Below are positions 1-11,604 of a DNA stretch of 64,000 nt, in pieces (position 1 is the first letter of the stretch; every line of letters begins with the position of its first letter). The notes under the pieces are model-generated. The model had not been told where the DNA came from, ran no database searches, and saw only the letters and a program-made list of their open reading frames with translations. The stretch spans positions 82,150,001-82,214,000 of the forward strand of contig OX597820.1 in NCBI GenBank assembly GCA_951406725.2, written 5' to 3'. The translations under genes were made by a program, and so were the position numbers. The DNA is from Octopus vulgaris. Taxonomy: Eukaryota.

Positions 1-71
1 AGTTACAGGGACGTAAACACACCAGCATCGGTTGTCAAGCGATGTTGGGGGGGACAAATACAGACACACGC

Positions 72-110
<39 letters not shown>

Positions 111-277
111 CATACGACGGGCTTCTTTCAGTTTCCGTCTACTAAATCGACTCACAAAGCTTTAGTCGGCCCGAGGCTATAGTAGAAGACACTTGCCCAA
201 GGTGCCACGCAGTGGGACTGAACCCAGAACCATGTGGTTGGTAAGCAAGCTACTTACCACACAGCCACTCCTGCGCT
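1..277 (-). mobile_element. tRNA-derived SINE family A (partial)
   Basis: Pol III A/B-box-like head (tggctgtgtgg...ggttcagtcc), internal (TA)n linker; many copies in window. Confidence 0.85.
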
Positions 278-285
278 TATATCTT

Positions 286-677
286 AGTTTTTCCAGTCAT
301 TTGACTGCGGCCATGCTGGGGCGTCGCTTTGAAGGGTTTTAACCGAAGAAATCGACCCTATCACTTATTTTTTAAAACCTAGTACTTATTCTATCGGTCG
401 CTTTACCGCACCGCTAAGTTACGGGGTCGTAAACACATTATCACCGGTTGTCAAACGGTGATGGTGATGTAACAAGCACAAACACGCATACGCTCACACA
501 CGGACACACATATACGATGAACTTCTTTCAGTTTGCGTCGACCATATCTACTCACAAGGCTTTGTGGAATCTAGGTTATAGTAGAAGACACTTGTCCAAG
601 ATGCCGCGCAGTAGGACTGAACCCGGAACGACATAGTTGGAAAGCTAGCTTCTTACCATACAGCCACGCCTGCACCT
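286..677 (-). mobile_element. SINE family A, diverged copy
   Basis: Aligns by eye to other family A copies. Confidence 0.8.
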
Positions 678-695
678 AAACACATATAAATATCA

Positions 696-977
696 CGTGA
701 CCGACCAGACCATCAGATGTTGCTACACATCGGTGGTTACAATGCGTTCGCATTGTTTTAACCTTCGAATGACGCCACCCCACTGGCTAAGCGAGCAGGC
801 CAACAGAAGAAAGAGTGGTGAAAGAGTACAGCAGGGATCACCACCCCTTGCTGGAGCATCGTGGAGATTTTAGGTGTTTTCGCTCAATAAACACACACAA
901 CGCCTGGTCTGGGAATCGAAACCGCGATCGTACGACCGCGAGTCCGCTGCCCTAACCACTGGGCCATTGCGCCTCCA
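696..977 (-). mobile_element. tRNA-derived SINE family B head with alternative tail
   Basis: Head ggaggcgcaatggcccagtggttagggcagcggac shared with the 21294 copy; 3' part differs. Confidence 0.75.
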
Positions 978-1823
978 CATATAAATATACTAATCAAAAT
1001 TAGAATCATGATTGATCCAGGAAGGAAATAGAGATAGTAAGAATGAAAAGGGAAGAATGAAAAAGGAAGAATAGACGGGGAAGAGAAAAAAAGGAAGAGG
1101 AGTCCAGGGAAAAGAAGAATAAACTTAGTGATGAGGACGTCACACACGATTTTTATGAAGATAGAAAAAGATGGAAAAATTGATATAGATATACAGAGGT
1201 ATACATATTAAAGCATTTGGTAGCCTTGCTGCCAGTACGACCCCACCACACACACACATACTACATATAATTTACACTAATGAAGAAATAAATATCTCCA
1301 TTTCATTTCTAATTATTCTTCTCGTAGATTCTTTTTGCTTTTCTTTTTAATGTTTCCCTATTTGTTTTCTGAAATACCTGTGGTTCCATCCATTAAAAGA
1401 CATGATACCCTAAGTCGTACATTCCTATGTCAGATAAAACTTTTAATAGTTCTGCTTAAATAATAAGGGTTTTCTCTCTTTTTCTTCTCTCTCTCTCTCT
1501 CTCTCTCTTTCTCATATTCTCTCCCTCTGTATCGCTATTTCCCTTTTTCCTGCTCTCTTTCTCTGAGAGATAACATGCGTGCCAAACTATTTTTTGTTTC
1601 CCTCTGACAAAGCATAAGAATTAGTCATCACCACCACGCCCACCCGTCCACACACCTTTATGTACATGTGTGTGTGTGCGCCCGCACGTGTGTGTGAGTG
1701 AGCGTGTGTGTGTGTGCAATAGGGGCATTAACTCTCACTGTGTTTCTTTATCAATTCCAATACCAAAAGATGTGAGCATAAGTGTCTGAGTGTATTTTTA
1801 TTTCTCTCTCTCTCTCTCTCTCT

Positions 1824-1882
<59 letters not shown>

Positions 1883-1947
1883 CATGTATGTATGTGTGTA
1901 TATATATGTATATATATATATATCGTTATATATATATAGAGAGAGAT

Positions 1948-2001
<54 letters not shown>

Positions 2002-2229
2002 GCACACGCACATATACATGGGGTGGGCACGCACATATACATGGGGTGGGCACACACATATACATGGAGTGAATGAATGTAAATTGATAAAATTATAGCT
2101 AGAATATAAATTGAATGAGCACATTCCTTCGGTAATGAAGATAACACCAATAGGATTGTGGTTCCAGAATTGGCCATGCCATATAGAGTGGAAGCGACGA
2201 AATGTGTGTGTGTGTGTGTGTGTGTGTGT

Positions 2230-2612
2230 GGTGATGGTAATAATGGAGGTGGTAGTGAAATTGGTAGTGCGAATCGAAGATCACATGGTGGTAATGATGA
2301 TGACGATGCTGGTGGAGAGTGGTAGTGGTGGTGGTGGTGGTGGTGTGGTGGTGGTGGTGCAGGTGGTGGTGCTGGTGGTGGTGCTGGTGGTGGTGGTGGT
2401 GGTGGTGGTGGTGGTGGTGGTGGTGGTGGGGGCGGCGGTGGTGGTGGTGGTGGTGGTGTTGGTGTTGGTGGTGGTGGTGTTGGTAGTGGTGGTAGTGGTG
2501 GTACTGGTTAATCTTTTGATTATCGTTTCTCACTATGCTAGACATGTAGGACTACAAGCGTGACAACAAATGCTACACTACCACCACCACCACCACCACC
2601 ACCACCACCATC
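2230..2612. repeat. (GGT)n tract followed by a complementary (CCA)n tract
   Basis: Direct reading; gives rise to spurious poly-His/poly-Val ORFs. Confidence 0.9.
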
Positions 2613-3112
2613 ACTGCACCAAAGCTACCGCCACCATCCCCACTGACCATTCATGCTCAACGTCAAGAAACGTCTACAAACGTCGCAACCTTGGCTCTTG
2701 CTTGTGCATTTCCACTCACATTATGAGCCCTTTGTTGCGAGTGTGCTGCAGAAGATGGTCTTGCTGACTGTTGGGATGCTCTCTTACTTAAACATTGAAA
2801 GAACAGATACTCTATTCAGGCCTACACCTACTGGAGTACAATAGGTAGTCAGGTAGTATATCATAACAGGCGATTGGCATTCATCACCTCTTCCCAATGT
2901 TCTATGAACGCTTTGTCTTAATCGACATATGTGTCAGAGAGGTCATCGTGGCCATAAACTCGTTTCCTTACTTATCCATTTGGAGGTTCTGCCAGAATCA
3001 GATCCCAAATAGCTTTACGATCTTCGGCCCAGTAACATATGCTGGCCAGCATACACTTTCCTTTCCTCACTGTGAGTTGCAAACCTGCTGACAAACCCGC
3101 CGCTGGGTTACT

Positions 3113-3514
3113 CTACTCTTTTACTTGTTTCAGTCATTTGAATGCGGCCATGCTGGAGCACCGCCTTTAATCGAGCAGCTCGATCCCGGGACTTATTCTT
3201 TGTTAGCCCAGTACTTATTGTATCGGTCTCTTTTGCCGAACCGCTAAGTGACGGGGACATAAACACACCAGCATCGGTTGTCAAGCAATGCTAGGGGGAC
3301 AAACACAAACATACACGCACACACACATATACATATATATACATATATACGACGAGGGCTTCTTTCAGTTTCCGTCTACCAAATCCACTCACAAGGCATT
3401 GGTCGGCCCGAGGCTATAGTAGAAGACGCTTGCCCAAGGTGCCACGCAGTGGGACTGAACTCGGAACCATGTGGTTGGTAAACAAGCTACTTACTACACA
3501 GCCACTCCTGCGCC
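3113..3514 (-). mobile_element. SINE family A, full length
   Basis: Complete head to tail (…gactgaaacaagtaaaagag-like end). Confidence 0.9.
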
Positions 3515-4719
3515 TGTGTTGTGCACTTACTGTACAATGTATTCCTTCAGTATGGTGCTGACTACCTTAATTTCGGTGGTGTCTAGCATCATCTTGCTGT
3601 CATCGACATGGTATTCTGATATCCTTGTTCGCGTGGGATATGTTTTAACACCTTCAGCTTCCACAACAGTAGACCAAGAGATAAATTATACACTCTAACG
3701 ACGCTAATGCTGATTTCAAATTTTTGCACAAGGTCAGCAACTTCGGAGGATAAGTCGATTATATCGATCCCAGTGCTCAGCCAGCCCTTATTTTATCGAT
3801 TCCGAAAGAATTAAAGGCAAAGTCGACCTCAGCAGAATAAACGACACTAATATTAATAATAGAGATATCGAGTGTTAGGGTATGACACAGCTATTAGTAG
3901 TTTCCTTCTAACTTGTCTACCACTGTATCCGATCTGGCACCCAATTCTGACCTGTGATTTCACGGACTGTCTGCATGTGACAGTATATTATCTCCAGAGC
4001 AACTGCATTTTCAGGCTGGTTAAACCAGTGTGAGAGTAGTCGATGAGTCTTAAATTCTCAATTAAATTTTGTAAGGCCTTAAGACTCTACGAATGTGAAA
4101 GTTAAATTTTCAACGGACTGTGTGAAGGGGAACCAACCAACAGTGGTCAAGTTTCAAAGAACAGGAAAGCGATATCCAACATCACAATGAGAAGTGTACG
4201 TGACAAAACGGTGAGAGACATAGATGTTCTTGGTCATCTCACTGCATCCCTGGTATACTTCAGTTTCATTTCGGTCCAACTTGACACTGGTCCAGCAAGT
4301 CAGGGACGAGAAAGTGATACTGATTGCCGGGCACATCCCTCCCTCTATAATTCAAGTCTAGAACAAGTTGATTTGAACTTCTTGGAAAAACTACAGGCTG
4401 TGGAACTTCCGTTGCGACAGTTTAGCTAAAACGAAAACTAGACATCAACATCTATTAAAATAGCTTCCGAATGTCACATCATATCTCTTCTATGTACCAA
4501 ATGTCAAAGTCCAGTCATGGACCAAGTTTGCATATTTGAAGACAATAACATATTTAAAGAGAAATACATTATGAAATGAATAAGAATCGTAATATCGTAA
4601 TAGGGTACATTCCTACCACAAAAGATTTTGAGAACTGTTTAGGCTGTGGAAGAGGAATAAAAGTTACTGGGTGGATGAAGGACACTATTTTCTATCTCAT
4701 ATTTCATCATCAATATTTG

Positions 4720-5017
4720 CTTATGGGATGACGAACTTACCCAAAGTTGTTTGATGTTAATGACATATCATCGCTTTGTACAGTGTAAGAACTGAACTCA
4801 TACTCTCTCTTTTACTCTTTTACTTGTTTCAGTCATTTGACTGCGGCCATGCTGGAGCAGCGCCTTTAGTCGAGCAAATCGACCCCGGGACTTATTCTTT
4901 GTAAGCCCAGTACTTATTATATCGGTCTCTTTTGCCGAACCGCTAAGTGACGGGGACGTAAACACACACCAGCATCGGTTGTCTAGCAATGCTAGGGGGA
5001 CAAACACAGACACACAA

Positions 5018-5057
<40 letters not shown>

Positions 5058-5600
5058 ATATATACGACAGGCTTCTTTTCAGTTTCCATCGACCAAATCC
5101 ACTCACAAGGCATTGGTCGGCCCGGGGCTATAGCAGAAGACACTTGCCCAAGATGCCACGCAGTGGGATTGAACCCAGAACCATGTGGTTGGTTAGCAAG
5201 CTTTTGTAATTTATGTTACGTTTGCGATTAAGAATATTATCAGCAAAGCATTGTAGACCTTCCTCGAAAACTACTACCCATTTAGCAATATTCCATTTGA
5301 ATGGAGCTGGTATGTTCAGCATTCTCATCTGTATTCTCAGTTTGCTCTTGTTCTAACAGCATCAGTTCTTTACCTGATAAACTTTTTCAATGGGATATTT
5401 GCCACTCAACCACACCAGTTTCTATGACTTCTTCAAATTCTATATCATTTGTGTCTCAATATCTTCTTGAATTTGATGTAGACTTTCTGCATGTAGAAAC
5501 TTGTAAAGTCACGGATACAGTTTGGCTGTTTTCCAAGAACCATTTGAACTTGAAGGTCTGACATCCTTCAATGATTCAGTTATATTTACAGCACCCTGTC
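4720..5600 (-). pseudogene. Degraded Tigger/pogo-like transposase C-terminus, split by a SINE
   Basis: Frameshifted minus-strand peptides ESLKDVRPSSSNGSWK, CIRDFTSF, FEEVIETGVVE, LSGKELMLLEQE, EEGLQCFAD, QTTLGKF resemble the Tigger C-terminal region. Confidence 0.55.
4801..5203 (-). mobile_element. SINE family A (5'-truncated) inserted in the Tigger remnant
   Basis: Sequence similarity to other copies. Confidence 0.88.
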
Positions 5601-6892
5601 TGTTGAACTTGAGAAGTCTCTAACGGTCAATTTATTTTTCTTGTTAATTATCTGTATATATTTTCACAATGAAATACTCCACTCCACATCCCATAAGTGT
5701 TTATAGTGAAGAATACACAAATACCTAGATACACAGACACACATAATAGTCTGGAACCCTGCGATTGGTGTTCCAAATGCAAATAGATGCACAACCAAAA
5801 GGGAACCGCAAGGAACTCTTTATTGCATTAAGTTACAAATAATTATAGAATATAGTATCTGTGACTTGATACAATAAAGTGTTCTGTGTGGATCCGTTAT
5901 GGTTGAGCATTCACACGCATCTGGAACATCTATGGCAGGGCTCTAAACAACCATAATGGTGAAGCGCGCGTAAGAACTTTAATAGAGTTGTGTTTATCCT
6001 ATTTCCTACATTCACACTGTAACTCATATGTAGTAACGTTACTCAGTACAGTAGTTAACAACTATACAGAAAGCAGACCCGATTGTGAAAATCTACACCC
6101 ACACGTACATATACGCGCGCGCGCGTGTGTGTGGGTGTGTGTGTGTGTGATTTTAATTTTTCAAATTGTTATCTATACTTTGATCATAGTGAGAACACCG
6201 AGAAGCAGTCTTTTGGCTAAGAAGAAATTTTAGTTTTTAAACTGTTAATAACTATCTTGGTTTCCAGGAGGTTGAAATTGCAGACCGTATCCCGAGATTA
6301 CTAGTCATACTGTATAATTTTCGTAAGCACGAAATCCCGTAAACTGGATAATTTGGATCTGAAAATGTGAACTCTCAAAGAAAATATTCTGACCTTGGCC
6401 AATCTGGTAACATAACTCTATAATTTCATTATACACCGTTTAGAAAGTACGGTTACAGAACTAATAAACAAAGCCAATTTCATCAACACCAACCCACCCA
6501 GTCAAGGTACACCTGGCGCAGTTCCTCCCAGTGAGGGGATTTTATGAAACAGTTAAGACTCGATTCACAGATACTTGACACTACTCCACCTTGTAAGGAT
6601 ATTTTATAAAGTAGGTAAGGCTACATCCACCTAGGTACTGTTTTATAAGAACGGATGTAATAAATAATGGTTATGTTATAAAAACTCGTGCATTTAGAGA
6701 AGCTTATGTAATATGAACGGGTAGTTAAACGGGTGTGATGCCGTTCTGAAATGTTATCGCTAAAAATCGTGAATGAAATGGGCTGCGTGTGAATTGAATA
6801 GCAAACCGGGGAAAAATTTGAAGAGGCGTTGCCTCCACAGCCGTCAACAGGTGGTTGTGTGTTTAATGTATTATATACAAGTGAATACCTGT

Positions 6893-6910
6893 ATATGAAT
6901 GTGTGTATGC

Positions 6911-6941
<31 letters not shown>

Positions 6942-7443
6942 TGTATGTATGTATGTATGTATGTATGTATGTATGTATGTATGTATGTATGTATGCATGT
7001 GTGTGTATGTATGTATTACGTATGTATGTATGTATGTATGTATGTATGTATGTATGTATGTATGTATGTATGTAGAACGTTTGTATGCATATATATATAT
7101 TTAATGTATATGTTTGTCATCAATTCTTTGGCTTTAATTAAGAAATTTTATAACCTGATTGTTCTTATGCGCAATGTGCATCCTTTTCTCTCCTATGAGA
7201 TTTTGACCTTCAAACAGCTACAAAGCAAGACAATGTTTAGATACCTATTCATTATTAAGAAATAAGAAAGGAAGACCATAATCTTTTATTTGTTATATTC
7301 TTCTATTCTTTTATTCTTTTACTTCTTTCAGTCATTTGACTGCAGCCATGCTGGAGAACCGCCTTTGGTCGAACAAGTCAACTCTAGAACTTAGAATAAG
7401 TACTAGGATTACAAAGACTATATGTGTATTCATATACATGTAT

Positions 7444-7492
<49 letters not shown>

Positions 7493-7619
7493 TATATATA
7501 TATATTCATATAGTTATATATACATTTATTCATATATTCATACATATATATATAAATATATATATATATATATTAATATAGTCATATATATATATTCATA
7601 TATTCATCTATCTATCTAT

Positions 7620-7689
<70 letters not shown>

Positions 7690-8505
7690 ACATATGTATA
7701 CATTTATGCATGTATGTACTTATGTGTATATATAGATGCGCGTGTGTGTGTGTGTGTATGTGTACACATATATATATATATATGTGTGTGTATGTGCATA
7801 TATGTATGTATGTATATGTGTATGTATATATATATGTATATATATGTATATATATATGTATATGTGTATGTATATGTATGTATGTGTATGTATGTGTATG
7901 TGTATATGTGTATATATATTTATTAGTGTATATGTATGGACTAGTCTTCTGTGGGTGTATTGAGGTATGTATGTGTATGCGTGTAGATATGAATCAGTAG
8001 GTACGTGTACGTATGTGAATATACGTGAATGTATGTAGATGTATGTGTGTATGAATATAACACGTGCGCGTGTGTGTATGGGTATGAGTGTACGTGTGAG
8101 TGTGTGGGCGTGAGTGAGTGTTTGCGTTCGTATCAGTGAGTAGAGAGATAAATGGACTCTTTAGATCATCCCTTGAGACCGGCTGACCGCGGTCAAGATA
8201 AAAATAAAGATATAAACAAAAGTAATAATAAAATTAAAATAAGGGAATAAAAATGTGTGTGTATGTGTGTGCATGTATATGCATGTGTATATGTGTGTAT
8301 GTATATATATGTGTGAGTGTGTATACATGTATGTATATATATGTATGTATATGTGTATTTGTGTGTATGTACATGGGTATGTGTATATATATATGTATAT
8401 GTATGTATGTGTATATATATGTATGTATATATGGGTATGTATGTATATATATAGATATATGTGAATATGTGGGTGTATATATATATATATATATATATAT
8501 ATGTA
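6893..8505. repeat. Compound microsatellite field (TATG)n/(TA)n/(TG)n, including a SINE A tail fragment at ~7310-7420
   Basis: Direct reading. Confidence 0.9.
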
Positions 8506-8722
8506 GATGTACAAGTGAGAGTCTCCTTACTTACCTAAAACTCTATTTTTCTATTTATAGTTTTATTCTTTTATTTATTCTTTTATCTACTTTACCACCG
8601 ATTCCTTTGACCACTCCCCTAATAATGACAGTTTTGCGCCATGCCTACCCCCAAAAAAGTCCTCCATCACCACCCATTTAAACCGCCTAAATGTATAAAT
8701 GCCAAAACAACTCTTGTCTACT

Positions 8723-8773
8723 AGCTTCCTGATGATTTCTTTTGAATGAAACAGTTCTAGTCCTGTAGAAGCT
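8723..8773 (+). ncRNA. Type I hammerhead ribozyme motif
   Basis: agcttc-CTGATGA-tttc/tttt/gaat-GAAA-cag/ttctagtc/ctg-TA-gaagct; stems I and III pair, stem II weak. Confidence 0.6.
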
Positions 8774-9044
8774 CCTTCTATATAATAAATTAATTTACTC
8801 TGCTATGTATTGAGTACCTTATTTACTGTGGTTAACCCCGACTCAACCCGGGACCTACATATATTCACATATATATATATAAATTATATACATATATTCA
8901 TATATATATATATATATATATACATATATATATGTATATAAAAATTAGAATGAGGGTGAAAAATTGGATATTAATTTGCTAACATCAATTTTAACACCAG
9001 TGGTCTAGCATATAAAAAACTGAGGTTCAGTAAATAGTATTACA

Positions 9045-9700
9045 TACATATAAGAGGGAATTTTACCACTATGTGGAAACCCTAATGCTAGAAGAAGATC
9101 CGCTATGGTCTTAACCACTAAGAATTGTCCTCTAGAAAATTTAGCAAATACCAGAAACGTAAGTGAGCAAGACAAATGAAAAGTAACAAAAATATAGATT
9201 AATCATTAAAAAATGTTTCACTATCAACAAATTACGTAATTTTACTTACATAATTTATCTGTAGATCTTCAGTATGATCATCTATACAAATATAATTGGC
9301 AGAACTACACGCCAGACATCAACACGAAGTCAAAAAGGCATGCAGTTCTACCTATTACTCTTGTGGTTATGTTTCAGAAGTCTTCGTTTTGGCGCACTAA
9401 ATTACCGGAAATAATACTGCATAAAACAATTCACTGCAGTAGCCTTTGCCGGTTTGAGAACGTATCAATTTAAAATTAAAATTAGAATAAATTATGTAAG
9501 TAAAATTACGTAATTTGTTGATAGTGAAACATTTGTTTATGATTAATCTATATTTTTGTTACTTTTCATTTGTCTTGCTCGCTTACGTTTCTGATGTTTG
9601 CTAAATTTTCTAGAGAACAGTTCTTAGTGGTTAAGACCATAGCGGATCATCTTCTAGCATTAGGGTTTCCACGTAGTGGTAAAATTCCCTCTTATATGTA
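9045..9700. repeat. Long inverted repeat, ~214-bp arms (9045-9258 / 9487-9700)
   Basis: Arms are reverse complements with few mismatches; (TA)n nearby on both sides. Confidence 0.9.
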
Positions 9701-9890
9701 TATAATATATATATATATATATATATGTATGTATATATATATAAATATACACATATATATATATATTCATATATTACTATATATTCATATATATATATTT
9801 TTATACTCATATATTTATATATATATAAATATATTTCTATATATATATACACACACACGCATATATATGTATATATAGATTCATGTATTC

Positions 9891-9944
<54 letters not shown>

Positions 9945-10027
9945 ATATATATATGTGTGTGTGTGTGTATGAAATTAATTAATAAGTAGTTAGCTACGTT
10001 AAAATAACCTTTTAGGGTAACATTATA

Positions 10028-10560
10028 GAAATATTCAATAATTATAACCATAATTATAATCAGGGGTCAGCGTATTGCTTCACCACGCACCGAATAGCAG
10101 TTAATTATAATAGCAGTTAAAATACTTTTTCGACTACCATAAATATCTCTCAGACAGTAACACACTTTTTTGGTGGGGAGGGTTGTTGAGGATAAATACG
10201 TATTCTCATTTGGATGTATATTTTTGGAAGTGCTGGTTAAATATCAATTATGCGATGACGCTTGATCACGTACATATTTAATTCTAGAACTCTCAAATTT
10301 ATATTTGAAATCCTGCAATGAGGAGGTAAAATAAGTAAATAAATATAACGTTACTTTAATCCCAAAACGCGTATGTAGCTAATCTAAGTCGTGTGAATTC
10401 GTGATTTTTTTCTCTTTGCCTACGTAAAGAAATGTGTGTTTCTGTCTGAGAGATATTTATGGTAGTGGAAAAAGTATTTTACCTGCTATTTCTAAATTCG
10501 GTGCGTGGTGAAGCAATTAGCTGACTCCTGATTATAATTATGCTTATAATTATAGAATAT
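10028..10560. repeat. Inverted repeat, ~130-bp arms (10028-10164 / 10434-10560)
   Basis: ttgcttcaccacgcaccgaat / attcggtgcgtggtgaagcaa and flanking complementarity. Confidence 0.85.
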
Positions 10561-10577
10561 ATATGAATATATATCTA

Positions 10578-10655
<78 letters not shown>

Positions 10656-10696
10656 TAAATAAATGGAGTTTAACGCAGGTGTAATCAAATATTTTT

Positions 10697-10782
10697 ACTT
10701 TCGACACATGTTTCGAAAATTCCACTGATACTATTCAAAAGAATAAATGGTATAAACAATTCAATCTTCTCCTCGGGAAAGT
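10697..10782 (-). ncRNA. Hammerhead motif, opposite arm, core mutated (CCGAGGA)
   Basis: Inverted copy of 10832-10917 with a U4C change. Confidence 0.5.
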
Positions 10783-10831
10783 GAAAAAAACGAAACTCGT
10801 CAATAAGACATTTTAGCAAAAAGATGTTTTC

Positions 10832-10917
10832 ACTTTCCTGAGGAGAAGATTGCATTGTTTATACCATTTATTCTTTTGAATAGTATCAGTGGAATTTTCG
10901 AAACATGTGTCGAAAGT
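10832..10917 (+). ncRNA. Type I hammerhead ribozyme motif (intact core)
   Basis: actttc-CTGAGGA-gaagatt...aattttc-GAAA-catgtg-TC-gaaagt; near-palindromic stem III. Confidence 0.7.
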
Positions 10918-11105
10918 AAAAATATTTTATTACACCTGCGTTAAACTCCATTTATTTATTCATATATTATTCAAAATATTCAACGTAAACACGAAGTTTC
11001 TACCTTTATAAACAAGGAGTTACAACACCTTTACTTGTGAGATTTTTGCTGCCCTGGTAACTATTTTTTTTCCGTGCTGATTGTTAACAAGGTAAAAATA
11101 CACTC

Positions 11106-11171
<66 letters not shown>

Positions 11172-11217
11172 ATATATATGTACGTATGTATATATGTATG
11201 TATGTATGTATATGTAT

Positions 11218-11577
11218 ACTCTTTACTCTCTCTTTTTCTCTTTTACTCGTTTCAGTCATTTGACTGCGGCCATGCTGGAGCACCGCCTTTAGTCGAGCAA
11301 ATCGACCCCAGGACTTATTCTTTGTATCGGTCTATTTTGCCGAACCGCTAAGTTACGGGGACGTAAACACACCACCATCGATGTTGGTGAGGACAAACAC
11401 AGACACACAAACACACACACATATATATATATACATATATACGACAGGCTTATTTCAGTTTCCGGTCGGCCCGAGGCTATAGTAGAAGACACTTGCCCAA
11501 GGTGCCACGCAGTGGGACTGAACCCAGAACCATGTGGTTGGTAAGCAAGCTACTTACCACACAGCCACTCCTGCGCC
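11218..11577 (-). mobile_element. SINE family A with internal deletions
   Basis: Similarity to other copies. Confidence 0.85.
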
Positions 11578-11604
11578 TATATATATATATATATATATAT
11601 ATAT

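Larger units (their letters stand above)
10651..10965. repeat. Foldback with ~137-bp arms, each carrying a hammerhead motif
   Basis: Arms 10651-10787 and 10827-10965 are near-perfect reverse complements. Confidence 0.92.

Noticed and set aside
1782-2563. ORFs rich in YI/VC, poly-His and poly-Val
   Set aside because: Translations of (TA)n, (CA)n and (GGT)n microsatellites; the same applies to ORFs at 6.6-8.7k, 15.9-16.8k and 25.8-26.9k
2860-3110. Ancient RTE-like 3' fragment on the minus strand
   Set aside because: Only faint peptide resemblance; too degraded to support without a search
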